Positions 1 through 11,528 of a stretch of DNA of 64,000 nucleotides are shown piece after piece (within the stretch, counting starts at the first letter, position 1; each line of letters starts with the position of its first letter). This stretch comes from Mobula hypostoma (taxonomy: Eukaryota), in contig NC_086097.1 in the NCBI RefSeq assembly GCF_963921235.1, positions 82,214,001 through 82,278,000 on the forward strand, given 5' to 3'. The notes beneath the pieces were generated by a model that was given only the letters and a program-made list of their open reading frames with translations, was not told the DNA's origin and made no database searches. A program made the position numbers and the translations under genes.

Positions 1-660
1 AAGCAATGGCTAATGTCACTTGGGTCCTAACAAAGATCATCCCTAGTAAGGAAGAGCCTAATCATCTGTCCATGACAATTTACGGTATTATCCTCGTCAA
101 ATTTTCCCACCAAACTACTAGGACTACGGTTGACTAGAAACTTAAATGGACCATACACACAAATGTAGCATGGCTTCAAGGTCAGAAGCTAAGTGTTTTG
201 CGATGAATGACTTGCCTCCTGATTTCCCCTTCATTTACAAGCTTTTGGGTCGATGTCTGATGGTATGCTCTTTGCTTGTCTAAATGAGTGCAGATCTGAC
301 ATCTCGCTAGAAGGTCAAAAGCATTCAAAACAAAAGGCTTAAATTAATTGGCATATCTTCCACCATCCTGCAAGTCTATTACTTTAAGCACCAGCGCACA
401 ATAACTGCACTGTGTGCCAACCCCAAAATGCACTACAATCACTTTCAGAGGCTACTCAGAGAGCATCTCTGAAAGCTGTGACCCCTATCACCAGAGAGTT
501 AAAGGCAGCAGATGTATCAGAGCATCACCATCTGCTTGTTCCCCTTCAAGTCTCACATCATCCTGACTGAAAACGTGCTACTGCCCCTTCATCATGCCAG
601 AGTTACAATTCTGAAACATGCTGCTCAACAGCCCGACTGGTAAGGGTGTATATTGTTGTT
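1..660 (+). mobile_element. Old, decayed CR1/L2-type LINE 3' fragment
   Basis: Degenerate LINE-like 3' sequence (e.g. ttccccttcaagtctcacatcatcctgact); no ORF; recognised by resemblance only. Confidence 0.45.
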
Positions 661-997
661 TCCAGAAATTACAAAAAAAATAAATAAGGCAGTCAATTGC
701 ACATGCAATTAGCACAATTGCAAATTAGCAAGCTAATTACAATTCTTAAAAGAAACACAAAACATTAAAAAAAAGATCCCACTGATTTTACTGCTTCACA
801 GGCAAGCAAATTATAAACAAATTCTTGGAATTAACAAATAGGATTAATTTTCAGACAGTTTATCTTCAACAGGGATTGTTGAAGAGTAAATGTGGGTCAT
901 AATACCAGAAGAACTTGGGAACTCGTCTGTAAATTTTATTGTAGGTCTAACTCACCTGCACAAGTGGAAAATACCTTGATGGCAGCAACTTTTATTC

Positions 998-1340
998 AGA
1001 TAGATAGATAGATAGATAGACAGATAGACATACTTCATTGATTCCGAGGGAAATTGGGTTTCGTTACAGTTGCACCAACAAAGAACAGAGTATAAATATA
1101 GCAATATAAAACCATAAGTAATTAAATAATAATAAGTAAATTATGCCAGATGGAAATAAGTCCAGGACCAGCCTATTGGCTTAGAGAGTCTGACCCTCCA
1201 AGGGAGGAGTTGTAAAGTTTGATGGCCACAGGCAGGAATGACTTCCTATGACGCTCTGTGTTGCATCTCAGTGGAATGAGACTCTGGCTGAATGTACTCC
1301 TGTGCCCACCCAGTACATTATGTAGTGGATGGGAGACATA
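998..1340 (-). mobile_element. Rex1/Babar-type LINE 3' end with (TATC)n tail
   Basis: ORF 1173-1451 encodes HPLH..STFSQSLIPLRCNTERHRKSFLPVAIKLYN (Rex1-type C-terminus); 3' UTR nearly identical to 63382-63700; (GATA)n at ~998-1030. Confidence 0.85.
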
Positions 1341-1883
1341 GTGTCTCAATAGCAGTTGGGACTTTTGCTCATTACTCCAATGCACAGAGAGGGCTGTAAT
1401 CAAATGTTTTACATGCAGAACCAGACTACAACAAAACCTGGAATAAGACAAGCCGAAGGCACTTATACATTTTATTGTTCATTAGATCAGATAATCAATG
1501 ACGACCTGTATTTCCATTGCTGGCAGAAGGTATTAGCAGTGTTACCGTGAGAAGTATTTGCACTAATGCTACATTGTAAAAGTTGCTAAAATGATGCATT
1601 ATAATTTCAGCAGAGGCTAATTGTGTTTTTCTGAAAGCTTGGAACTGTGTGGTATGGACAATCCAACAATGTTCTGCCATTTATGAAGCAAGTTGTGTTT
1701 CTATTGGAATGGTGGTGCTAAAACAAGTGTTCTTTGAAAGTACAGTATGTATTGTTAAGACCATAAGTTAGGAAGATTTGAGATCTCCATTGTATTGTTA
1801 CTGACTTCTGTAAGGAATTAGATTCTTGACAAAAAATGAATATATTCAGTACTGATTTATTTGCAAGAGATTCTGTTGATCAC

Positions 1884-2245
1884 TAGATTAGATTAGATTA
1901 TGAGGACACACAATCCTCTTTTATTGTCATTTAGTAATACATGCATTAAGAAATGATACAATTTGTTCCTCCAGAATGATATCACAGAAACACAACACAA
2001 AGCAAGACTGAAAAAACTGACAAAAACCACATAATTATAACATCTAGTTACAACAGTGCAAAACAACACCGTAATTTGATGAAGAACAGACCATGGGCAC
2101 GTAAAAAAAAAGTCTCAAAGTCTCTCGGAAGTCCAATCATCTCACGCAGACGGTTGAAGGGAGAAACTCCCTTCCATGAGCTTCGAGTGCCGCAAACTTG
2201 CCGATGCAGCATCCTGGAAGCACCCCGACCACAGTCCGACCACAC
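1884..2245 (-). mobile_element. 5'-truncated non-autonomous retroposon with (TCTAA)n tail
   Basis: Reverse complement of the 3' part of 38968-39634; also matches 8932-9130. Confidence 0.8.
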
Positions 2246-2479
2246 TACCACTGCACAATATGGCTGCAAATTGTAAAAGTGACTTTGGGCAAGGCTACAT
2301 CAACCAATGAGTTGAAGAAGGTTATGGACCCTCTGTCGGCAGATGGGATTAATTAGATTGGCATCATGGTAGGCACAGTCCATAAGACCATAAGACCATA
2401 AGACAAAGGAGCAGAAGTCGGCCATTTGGCCCATCGAGTCTGCTCTGCCATTTTATCATGAGCTGATCCATTCTCCCAT

Positions 2480-5340
2480 TTAGTCCCACTCCCCCACCTT
2501 CTCACCATAACCTTTGATGCCCTGGCTACTCAGATACCTATCAATCTCTGCCTTAAATACACCCAATGACTTGGCCTCCACTGCTGCCCATGGTAACAAA
2601 TTCCATAGATTCACCACCCTCTGACTAAAAAAATTTCTTTGCATTTCTGTTCTGAATGGGTGCCCTTCAATCCTTAAGTCATGCCCTCTCGTACTAGACT
2701 CCCCCATCATGAGAAACAACTTTGCCACATCCACTCTGTCCATGCCTTTCAACATTCGAAATGTTTCTGAGGTCTCCCCTCATTCTTCTAAACTCCAAGA
2801 AGTACAGTCCAAGAGCAGACAAACGTTCCTCATATGTTAACCCTCTCATTCCCAGAATCATTCTAGTGAGTCTTCTCTGTACCCTCTCCAACGTCAGCAC
2901 ATCCTTTCTTAAATAAGGAGACCAAAACTGCCCACAGTACTCCAAATGAGGTCTCAGCAGCGCCTTATAGACCCTCAACATCACATCCCTGCTCCTATAC
3001 TCTAATCCTCTAGAAATGAAAGCCAACATTGCATTCGCCTTCTTCACCACCAACTCAACCTGGAGGTTAACCTTAAGGGTGTCCTGTACAAGCACTCCCA
3101 AGTCCCGTTGCATCTCAGAATTTTGAATTCTTTCTCCGTTTAAATAATAGTCTGCCTGTTTATTCCTTCTGCCAAAGTGCATAACCATACACTTTCCAAC
3201 ATTGTATTTCATTTGCCACTTCTTTGCCCATTCTTCCAATCTATCCAAGTCTCTTTGCAGACTCTCTGTTTCCTCAGCACTACCGGCCCCTCCACCTATC
3301 TTCATATTGTCATCAAACTTAGCCACAAAGCTGACTATTCTATAATGCAAATCGTTGATGTACAATGTAAAAAGAAGCGGCCCCAACACAGACCCCTGTG
3401 GAACACCACTGGTAACCGGCAGCCAACCAAAATAGGATCCCTTTATTCCCACTCTCTGTTTCCTGCCAATCAGCCAACACTCTCTCCACATAAGTAACTT
3501 TCCTGTAATTCCATGGGCTCTTATCTTGTTAAGCAGCCACATGTGTGGCACCTTGTCAAAGGCCTTCTGAAAATCCAAATATACAACATCCACTGCATCT
3601 CCCATGTCTAGCCTCCTTGTAATTTCCTCAAAAAATTGTAATAGGTTTGTCAGGCAGGATTTTCCTTTAAGGAATCCATGCTGAGTTCTGCCTATCTTGT
3701 CATATGCCTCCAGGTACTCTGTAACCTCATCCTCGACAATTGACTCCAACAACTTCCCAACCATGGATGTCGAGCTAACAGCTCTATAATTTCTTTTTTG
3801 CTTCCTTGCCCCTTTCTTAAATAGCAGAGTGACATTTGCAATCTTCCAGTCCTCCGGAACCATGCCAGGATCTATCGACTTTTGAAAGATCATCATTAAT
3901 GCCTCCGCAATCTCCACAGCTACTTCCTTCAGAACACGAGGGTGCATTCCATCTGGTCCAAGAGATTTATCTACCTTTAGACTATTCAGCTTCCGGAGTA
4001 CTTCCTCTGTCGTAATTGTGACTGCGCACACTTCTCTTCCCTGCCACCCTTGAGTGTCCGGTATACTGCTGATGTCTTCCTCAGTGAAGATTGATGCAAA
4101 ATACTCATTCAGTTCCTCCGCCATCTCCTTATCTCCCATTACAACTTCTCCAGCATCATTTTCTATCAATCCTATATCTACTCTCACCTGTCTTTTACTC
4201 TTTATATACTTGAAAAAGCTTTTAATATCCTCTTTGATATTATTTGCTAGCTTCCTTTCATAGTTCATCTTTTCCCTGTTAATGAACCTTCTTAGTTTCC
4301 TTTTGTAAGCTTTAAAAAACTTCCCAATCCTCTGTCTTCCCACTAATTTTTGCTTCCCTGTATGCCCTCTCCTTTGCTTTAACTTTGGCTTTGACTTCTC
4401 TTGTCAACCACGGTTTCATCCTTTTTCCATTGGAAAATTTCTTCTTGTTGGAATATACCTGTCTTGTACCTTCCTCACTTCTCGCATAAACTCCAGCCAC
4501 TGCTGCTCTGCCATCCTTCCCGCCAGTGTTCCTTTCCAGTCAACCTTGGCCAGTTTCTCTCTCATGCCACTGTAATTTCCTTTACTCCACTGAAATACTG
4601 ACACATCAGATTTCAGCTTCTCTTTTTCAAATTTCACAGTGAACTCAATCATGTTATGATCACTGCCTCCTAAGGGTTCCTTCACCTCAATCTCTCTAAT
4701 CACCTCCGGTTCATTACACAATACACAATCCAGTACAGCCGATCCCCTAGCGGGCTCAACAACAAGCTGTTCTAAAAAGCCATCTCGCAGACGTTCTAAA
4801 ATTCTCTCTCTTGAGATCCAGTGCAGACCTGATTTTCCCAATCCACTCGCATGTTAAAATCCCCCACAATTATCATAACATTGCCCTTCTGACAAGCCTT
4901 TTCTATTTCCAGTTGTAATTTGTAGTTCACATCACTGCAACTGTTTGGAGGCCTATAAATAACTGCCATCAGTGTCCTTTTACCCCTGAGATTTCTTAGC
5001 TCAATCCATAAAGATTCTGCACCTTCTATATCACCCATATCCTATATCACCTCTTTCTAATGATTTAATATCGTTTCTTACCAATAAAGCCACGCCTCCC
5101 CCTCTACCTACCTTCCTATCCTTCCGATACACCGTGTATCCTTGGACGTTCAGCTCCCAGAGACATGCATCCTTTAGCCTGAGTGATGGCCACAACATCA
5201 TACCTGCCAATCTGTAGCTGAGTGACAAGATCATCCACCTTATTCCTTATGCTGTGTGCATTTAAGTATAACACCTTAAGACCAGTATTTGGTACTTTTC
5301 GCTTTGATTTCACTGCAACTTTATTGCACTGCAACTCATC
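2480..5340 (-). pseudogene. CR1 ORF2 (APE endonuclease + reverse transcriptase), frameshifted
   Basis: VLYLNAHSIRNK, IIVGDFN, LGGSDHN (endonuclease); VYLDFQKAFDKVPH, GVPQGSVLGP, KFDDN (degenerate FADD) in the 549-aa ORF 2694-4343; split over several frames. Confidence 0.92.
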
Positions 5341-5467
5341 CCAAAGGCTACAAATTTGCCCCATCACCTGCCTGTCTTTCCTGACATCCTTACTGCTCAC
5401 TATCTTAGATTTATTTTTGTTTTCCCCTTCCTCCGCTCTATCATTCCGGTTCCCATCCCCCTGCCAA

Positions 5468-6401
5468 ATTAGTTTAAACCCTCCCTAACAGCTCTATTAA
5501 ACTTTCCCGCCAGGATATTGGTCCCCTTCGAGTTCAGGTGTAACCTGTCCATTTTGAACAGGTCATACTTCCTCTAGAAGAGATCCCAATTATCCAAGAA
5601 TCTGAAGCCCTGCCCCCTGCACCAGTCTCTCAGCTACGCATTCATCTGCCTGATCCTACTATTCTTGCCCTCACTAGCACGTGGCACAGGTAGCAATCCC
5701 AAGATTACTACCCTGGAGGTCCTGCTTCTCAGCTTCCTTCCTAACTCCCAGAAATCTCTCTTCAGGACCTCCTCCCTTCTCCTATCTATGTCATTGGTAC
5801 CAACATGTACCAAGACAACTGGCTGCTCGCCCTCTCCCTTCAGAATATTCTGGACCCGATCTGAGACATCCCGTACCCTGGCACCTGGGAGGCAACACAC
5901 CATGCGGGTATCTCTGTCAGGCTCACAGAATCTCCTGTCTGTTCCCCTGACTATGGAATCCCCTACGACTACCGCATTCCTCTTCTCCCTCCTTCCCTCC
6001 TACACAACAGCGTCAGGCTCAGTGCCAGAGACCCGGTCACCGTGGGCGTCCCCTGTCAGGTCATCCCCCTCAACAGCATCCAGAATAAGATAGTTGCTGA
6101 GGGGGACAGCCACATGGGTGCTCTCCACTATCTGGGCATTTCCGTTCCCTCTATTGACAGTGACCCAGTTTTCTGACCCCTGTAGCCTAGGGATGACTAC
6201 CTCCCTGTAGCTCCTGTCTATCACCTCTTCACTTTCCCTGATAAGCAGTACGTCATCAAGCTGCAGCTCCAGATCCCTAACACAGTCTCTGAGGAGCTGC
6301 ATCTCGGTGCACCTGGTGCAGATGTGACCATCAGGGAGCCTGGAGGTCTCCCAGGATTCCCACATCTGACACCCTGAACAAAGCACTAACTCTGCAGGCA
6401 T
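5468..6401 (-). pseudogene. CR1 ORF1 (Cys-rich zinc finger + leucine zipper + SGNH/GDSL esterase)
   Basis: CSGCQMWE..HICTRC, LELQLDDV, VVGDSIVRG, CLPGARVRDV, HVGTND; in-frame stops at 6000-6002 and 5634-5636. Confidence 0.9.
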
Positions 6402-6499
6402 GCTATGTAATTCTACAGGAATGAAACAGGAAAAATAAGTACCTCGTCAAACAGATGAACTTTTTAAACCTTTAGCTCTTCCCGTTAGCTGTGAGAGCA

Positions 6500-6801
6500 C
6501 TGCCGCTCCTGTCTGTCCGGGCCGATTCACGAAGGGGGGAGGGGAGAAAAAAAAAGAGTTGATGCTTCACTCTCACCTCTTCCCGTTGCTGCCGAAGCCC
6601 GTTGAAGCCAAAGCCTTGCACTCTGCTACCACTCACTCCACTGCCCGCTCCAACAGCTGCCCGCTGTATAGGGTGGTCTCCTTTTTAAACTCTCTGTGCT
6701 GTCCTGTTGACGTCACGCGCCTGCGCAGTCTCCTCCTTCTTGCACTCGAAGAAGCTTTTTAAAAAACTGCCTTCCTTCAGAATTCAGCTCCCACGCCGCT
6801 C
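6500..6801 (-). promoter_or_regulatory. CpG-rich CR1 5' UTR / putative internal Pol II promoter
   Basis: Perfect CRE TGACGTCA at 6708-6715 next to an NRF1-like TGCGCAGGCGCG; TTTAAAAA ~20 bp downstream on the - strand. Confidence 0.5.
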
Positions 6802-7004
6802 TATAGTCCTGATCCAAAAAAAGACATGGGCTGAAAGGTCTTTTCTTCTACTGTATGGTTCTACGTTCTATGTTCTAGTCACTCCTAATGCAACATTTAT
6901 GATGGAAGGTCAAGGACCCTGCAAATAAATATTTTGTAATGAGAAATGCTGTGTTCTTACAAATATTTTATCATTCCAAAATTTTATGTGAATATTGTTC
7001 ATCA

Positions 7005-7290
7005 TAAACACAAGAGATTCTTCAGATGTTGGAAATCTAGATTGTTGGAGTGCTGGAGATACTCAGCAAGTCAGGCAGTATCTGTGGAAGGGCTTTTGAC
7101 TATGCAGTTGATGTTCAGGGTCGAGGCCCTTGCTCAGGGCTGGAAAGGAAGGGGAAAGAAGCCAGAATAACAAGGTGGGGGAAAGAAAAGGAGTACAAGC
7201 TGGCAGGTGATCGGTGAAACCAGGTGAGAAGAAGGCGGGTGGGTGTTGGGGTGGGGGGGTGGTGCTGAAATAAGAAGCTGGGAAGTTTAT
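7005..7290 (-). mobile_element. Penelope-like terminal repeat fragment
   Basis: tgctggagatactcagcaagtcaggcag matches the repeat at 57060-57221 in reverse; decayed hammerhead motif at ~7105-7143. Confidence 0.75.
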
Positions 7291-7829
7291 TGCTAAACTA
7301 ACTGAGTTAACTCCAGGACAAAAGTTAGATATAAATTATTCTGGGTAAAATGCCCAAATTATTTACAATGTATTCAGAAATTGTGAACTGTACAATAACA
7401 TCATGTACTTTTCAAAGCCTTCCTCAAGAATTTTCCACCACATTTGAGTTTTCAGATCATTACAGTTTTGAGAGTGTCCCATCATCATTCATTATATTCA
7501 GAAATCAGTAACTTTCTGAATTTTCTATCATGTGGCACTGATGTTATTCAATAAAATTTGACTTGATCTGCTTTTGCCTAAAGGATTAAAGCTTGAATTC
7601 TCAAAGCTTAATTTCAAAGAAATTTTACGGTTAGATGATTAACATCCATTTCTGATATGAATTACTTTCAAAGATACAGCACATTACACAAAGTCTTACA
7701 CAATATTTCAGCGAAAGCCTCGTACCCCAGAGGCTTTTTGGACTCAATGTGTGTGTTTTTTTTTGCTCTCAGAATATTTTCACATTGACAGGTCATATTT
7801 TTTTTAAATAGCTTTACTCTTGATAAAAA

Positions 7830-10110
7830 TGTTTTATTATTGCCACATGTATTAAGATACAGTGAAAAGCTTGTGTTACATGCTCTTCATACAGATCAAA
7901 TCATTGCTCCGAGCATTGAGATAGAGCAAGGTAAAATAATACAATGCGGAATAAAGTGTAAAATCTAGAAAAAAGTGTATTGCAGGTAAACAATAAAGTG
8001 CAAGATCATAACGAAGTAGATTCTGAGGCCAAAAGTCCATCTTATCATACTAGAAGTCAGTTCAGAACCTGGGGTCGAGCCTGAAGGCTGAACTCGTGAT
8101 CGGCAAGTGCTGGGGTCGACAAGCAGAGGTCAGCAAAGTCCAGAGGGCAAAGCTGAAAGTCAAAGTTCAGACCTCAGTGAGTCTGGAGGTATGTTATGTT
8201 GTAATTGGAATGTGTGGCAATACTTGCAGGCTGCCTCCAGCGCATCCCAAAAAAGGATTTCGCAGAATATTTTGATCTACTCGTCATAAATAAATCTGAA
8301 TCTGATTCTGAGGTCCAGAGTCCATCTTATCTTACAAGTGGTCCATTCAAGAGTTGGAGAAGAGCTTGATTGAGGCTGCATTTGAGCCTGGTAGTACGTG
8401 CTTTCAGGTGGTGTACCTTCTGCCCAATGGGGGAGGAGAGAAGAGGGTGGGGTATTTGATTATGCTGACTGCTTTACTGAGGCAAACAGAGTATAGGCTA
8501 TTCAGGGAAAGCTGGATTCCTTAAACTGTTGAGGTGTATCCACAACACTCTGCTGCCTCTTTCAGTTACATGCAGAGCAGTTGCCATACTAAGAATTATG
8601 CATCAATATACACGGCGCTGTGATTAAAAATCGATAAGGCTTGATGTGGACATCCCAAATTTCTTTGGCCTTCTGAGGAACCTGGGACTTTGCTGAGCTT
8701 TCCCAGCTGTGACGTTTACATGGTTGGACCAGGACAGGCTACTGGTGATGCTCACTGTTAGGAACTTGATGTACTTGACCCTCCTGACCTCAATATCATT
8801 GATGTAGGCAGGAGCACGTGCAAGCCCACCACCTGCCCCACCCACCCTTCCTGAAGTCAATGACCAGCTCTTTTGTTGATATTGAAGGAAAGGTTGCTGT
8901 GATGCCATCATATTACCGTGCCCATGCTCTGCTCTTTATCGAATTATGGTATTGCTTTGCACTAGTGTAACTATATGTTATAATTATGTGGTTTTTGTCA
9001 GTTTTAGTCTTGGTCTGTCCTGTGTTTCTGTGATATCATACTGGAGGAACATTGTATCATTTCTTAATGCATGCATTTCTAAATGACAATAAATGAGGAC
9101 TGAGTGTCCTCATAATCTAATCTAATCTAATATTCCTTTCTGTACTATGGTGGCAGAATCTGCAAACCTGAGTCAGAGCAGAGGCCTGTGCACGCATCAT
9201 GAGTGTACAGGGAGTAGAGCAGGGGACTGAAATGTACCCTTAAGGACCATCACTGTTTACACTAATCATGATTGCAGCCAAGGAACCAGTTGCAGAGGGA
9301 GACATTGACTCCCAAGGTCCTTGCATCATGGGCAGGAGCAGATGTCATCAGGTGGTGCCCAACCTGCATAGAGTGTTTTGACCCATAACCGCTACACTCT
9401 CCAGTTGGCAGGTCGGCAGTGGTGGCCAAGTCACTGCCCATCTGCTCCTGATTTCCACCTCAGCTCCTCTCGCCTGACTTTGGTGATGAGTTTGCCTGGA
9501 ATATTAGTATTGATGGCGGAGCTGTAGTTATCTTTATTGTCAAGATGCTTTCGAGATGAATGTAAGGCCGGGAAGATGGTATCTGCTGTGGATCAGTTTC
9601 AGCAGTAGGGAAATTGCAGTAGGTTGAGGTTGTCTAGGAGTTTGGAGCTGATGTGTGCCATGACAAGCCTCGTGAAACATTTTGTGATAGTAGATGTCAG
9701 AGCCACTAGGCAGTTGTCATTAAGGTACATTATCTTGTTTTTCTGTGTACTGGGATGATAGTGGTCCTCTTAAACCAGGAGGGAACCAGAGCCTGAAGCA
9801 GGGAGAAGCTAAAACTGCCTGCAAATTACTCTGCCAGCTGCTCTGCACAGGTTCTAAGGGGATAGCGAGTGACTCCAGCAGGGCCCAATGCTTTCCACAG
9901 GCTCACCCTCCGGAAGACTGACCTTTGTCCACACCGATGCTTGTAAATTCAGCAGCACAGGACATTGTTGGGGTAAATAGTGACATACTTGCTCCCTTCG
10001 GTTCAGAATGTGCTAAACTCATTGAGAAGGATGCCTGTTATCAGCAATGCTGCCCAACCTCGTTTTATTACCTGTTATAGTAAGTAAACCCTGCCACAGC
10101 TGATCTAATG
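7830..10110 (-). mobile_element. Decayed Rex1/Babar LINE with internal insertions
   Basis: ORF 8624-8911 (YINDIEV..KFLTVSITSSLSWSNHVN..KAQQ..FLRR.KKFGMS); insertions at ~8047-8303, 8932-9130 and ~9324-9475. Confidence 0.75.
8932..9130 (+). mobile_element. 5'-truncated copy of the (TCTAA)n-tailed non-autonomous retroposon
   Basis: Nearly identical to 39425-39634; ends cataatctaatctaatctaa. Confidence 0.85.
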
Positions 10111-10159
10111 CATCTCAAAGTAGTGTAAATCCATTTTCAAATTGAATGAACTTCCTTAG

Positions 10160-11390
10160 AATTCCAAGTACAAAGTAAATTTATTATCAGAGTACATAGA
10201 TATCACCATATACTATCTTGAGATTAATTTTCTTGCGGTCATTTAAAAGAAAATGAAGAAATGCAATTCAATTTATGAAAAAGAACAAAAAAGGACAAAT
10301 TGTACAAATAATAAAAATAAATGAAATATACTGAGTTGTAGAGTCCTTGAAAGTGAGTCTATAGGTTTTGGAGTTGGTTCAGCATTGAGGTAAGTGAAAT
10401 TATCCATGCTGGTCCAGGAGCCTGATGGTTGTTGGGCATTAAACTGCTCCTGAAGGTTGTGATGTGGGACCTAAGACCCCTGGACTTCCTACCTGATGGT
10501 AGTAGTGAGAAGAGAGCATGGCCTGGTTGATAGGGGTTCTTGATGATGGATGTTGCTTTCCTGTGGCAGCACTTCTTGTAAATGCAAATGATGGGGAGGG
10601 CTTTGCCTGTGATGGTCCGGGCTGTTTTGTGTAAACTTTTCTATTCCTGGGCCTTGGTGCTTCGATACCAGGCCGCAATACAAACAGTCAGGATCCTCTC
10701 CGCTGTGCATCTGTAGAACTTTGCCAGAGTTCTAGATGAACCTATGCAAACTTCTAAAAAAGTAGAGGCACCTTCATGCTTTCATTGTGATGGCACTTAC
10801 AGGACAGATCCTCTGATATGGTAACACCAAGGAATTGAAACTCATTGACCCTCCCCACCTTTGATTCCCTAAATACAACTAGCTCCTACCCCCTGTAGTT
10901 GATAATCATCTCTTTTTTTTTGCTGACATGAGTGAGAGGTTGCTGTTATGGCGCCATTGAACAAGATCTTCAATCTCCCTCCTATATGCCGATTTGCCAC
11001 CACTTTTGATTCGGCCAGCAATAGTGGTGTCATCAGCAAACTTTAATATGGCATTTGTGTTGTACTTAGCCACACAGTCATAGGTACAAGGCAAGCAGAG
11101 CAGAGGGCTTAACACACAGCCTTGTGGTGATGCGCCAATGGTGATTGAGGAGGAGATGTTGTTGCTAACCCAAACTGACTGTGGTATGCAAGTGAGGACA
11201 TTGAGGATCCAGTTGCACAGCGATGTTTTGAGTCCCAGGTCTTGAAGTATATTGATTAGCTTTGAGGGGATAATACTGTTGATTGTTGAGCTTTAATCAA
11301 TGAAGAGCATCCTGATGTCTGCATCTTCACTGTCCAGGTGTTCCATTGCTGAGTGAAGAGTCAATGATTTAGCATCTGCTGTTGACCTCT
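10160..11390 (-). mobile_element. Rex1/Babar LINE 3' half
   Basis: ORF 10906-11115 LSPLL..TYDCVA..KFADDTTIAGRI; Rex-type 3' UTR. Confidence 0.85.
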
Positions 11391-11392
11391 CA

Positions 11393-11528
11393 CAAACAAG
11401 AGAAATTCTGCCCATGCTGGTAATCCAAGCAACAAACACAGAACGCTGGAAAATCTCAGTAGACCAGGCAGCACCTATGGCAAAGAGTAAACGGTTGACA
11501 TTTCAGGCCGAGACCCTTCATCAGGACC
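11393..11528 (-). mobile_element. Short Penelope-derived terminal-repeat unit beginning at a hammerhead motif
   Basis: Homologous to 57087-57221; homology stops at the 5' strand of hammerhead stem I. Confidence 0.8.
11493..11528 (-). ncRNA. Minimal type I hammerhead ribozyme motif (Penelope-type)
   Basis: - strand GGTC-CTGATGA-AGG GTCTCGG CCT-GAAA-TGTC-AACC: intact CUGAUGA and GAAA boxes, 3-bp stem II, GUC cleavage triplet, 3 of 4 bp stem I. Confidence 0.7.

Larger units (their letters stand above)
2381..6801 (-). mobile_element. Near full-length CR1 LINE (5' UTR, ORF1, ORF2, (TCTTATGG)n tail), inactivated
   Basis: ORF1 zinc-finger/coiled-coil plus esterase; ORF2 APE + RT fragments; 8-mer tail at 2381-2404; interrupts an older + strand CR1 3' UTR (ggcacag|...|agacatgggctgaaagg). 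Confidence 0.95.

Noticed and set aside
1486..1529. Possible 44-nt exon (attag|ATCAG...GAAG|gtatta)
   Set aside because: Modest donor, unrecognised peptide, no partner exons
7714..7739. Hairpin AAAGCCTC/GAGGCTTT followed by a T-run, resembling a rho-independent terminator
   Set aside because: Eukaryotic context with no upstream gene; one 8-bp stem is expected by chance in 64 kb
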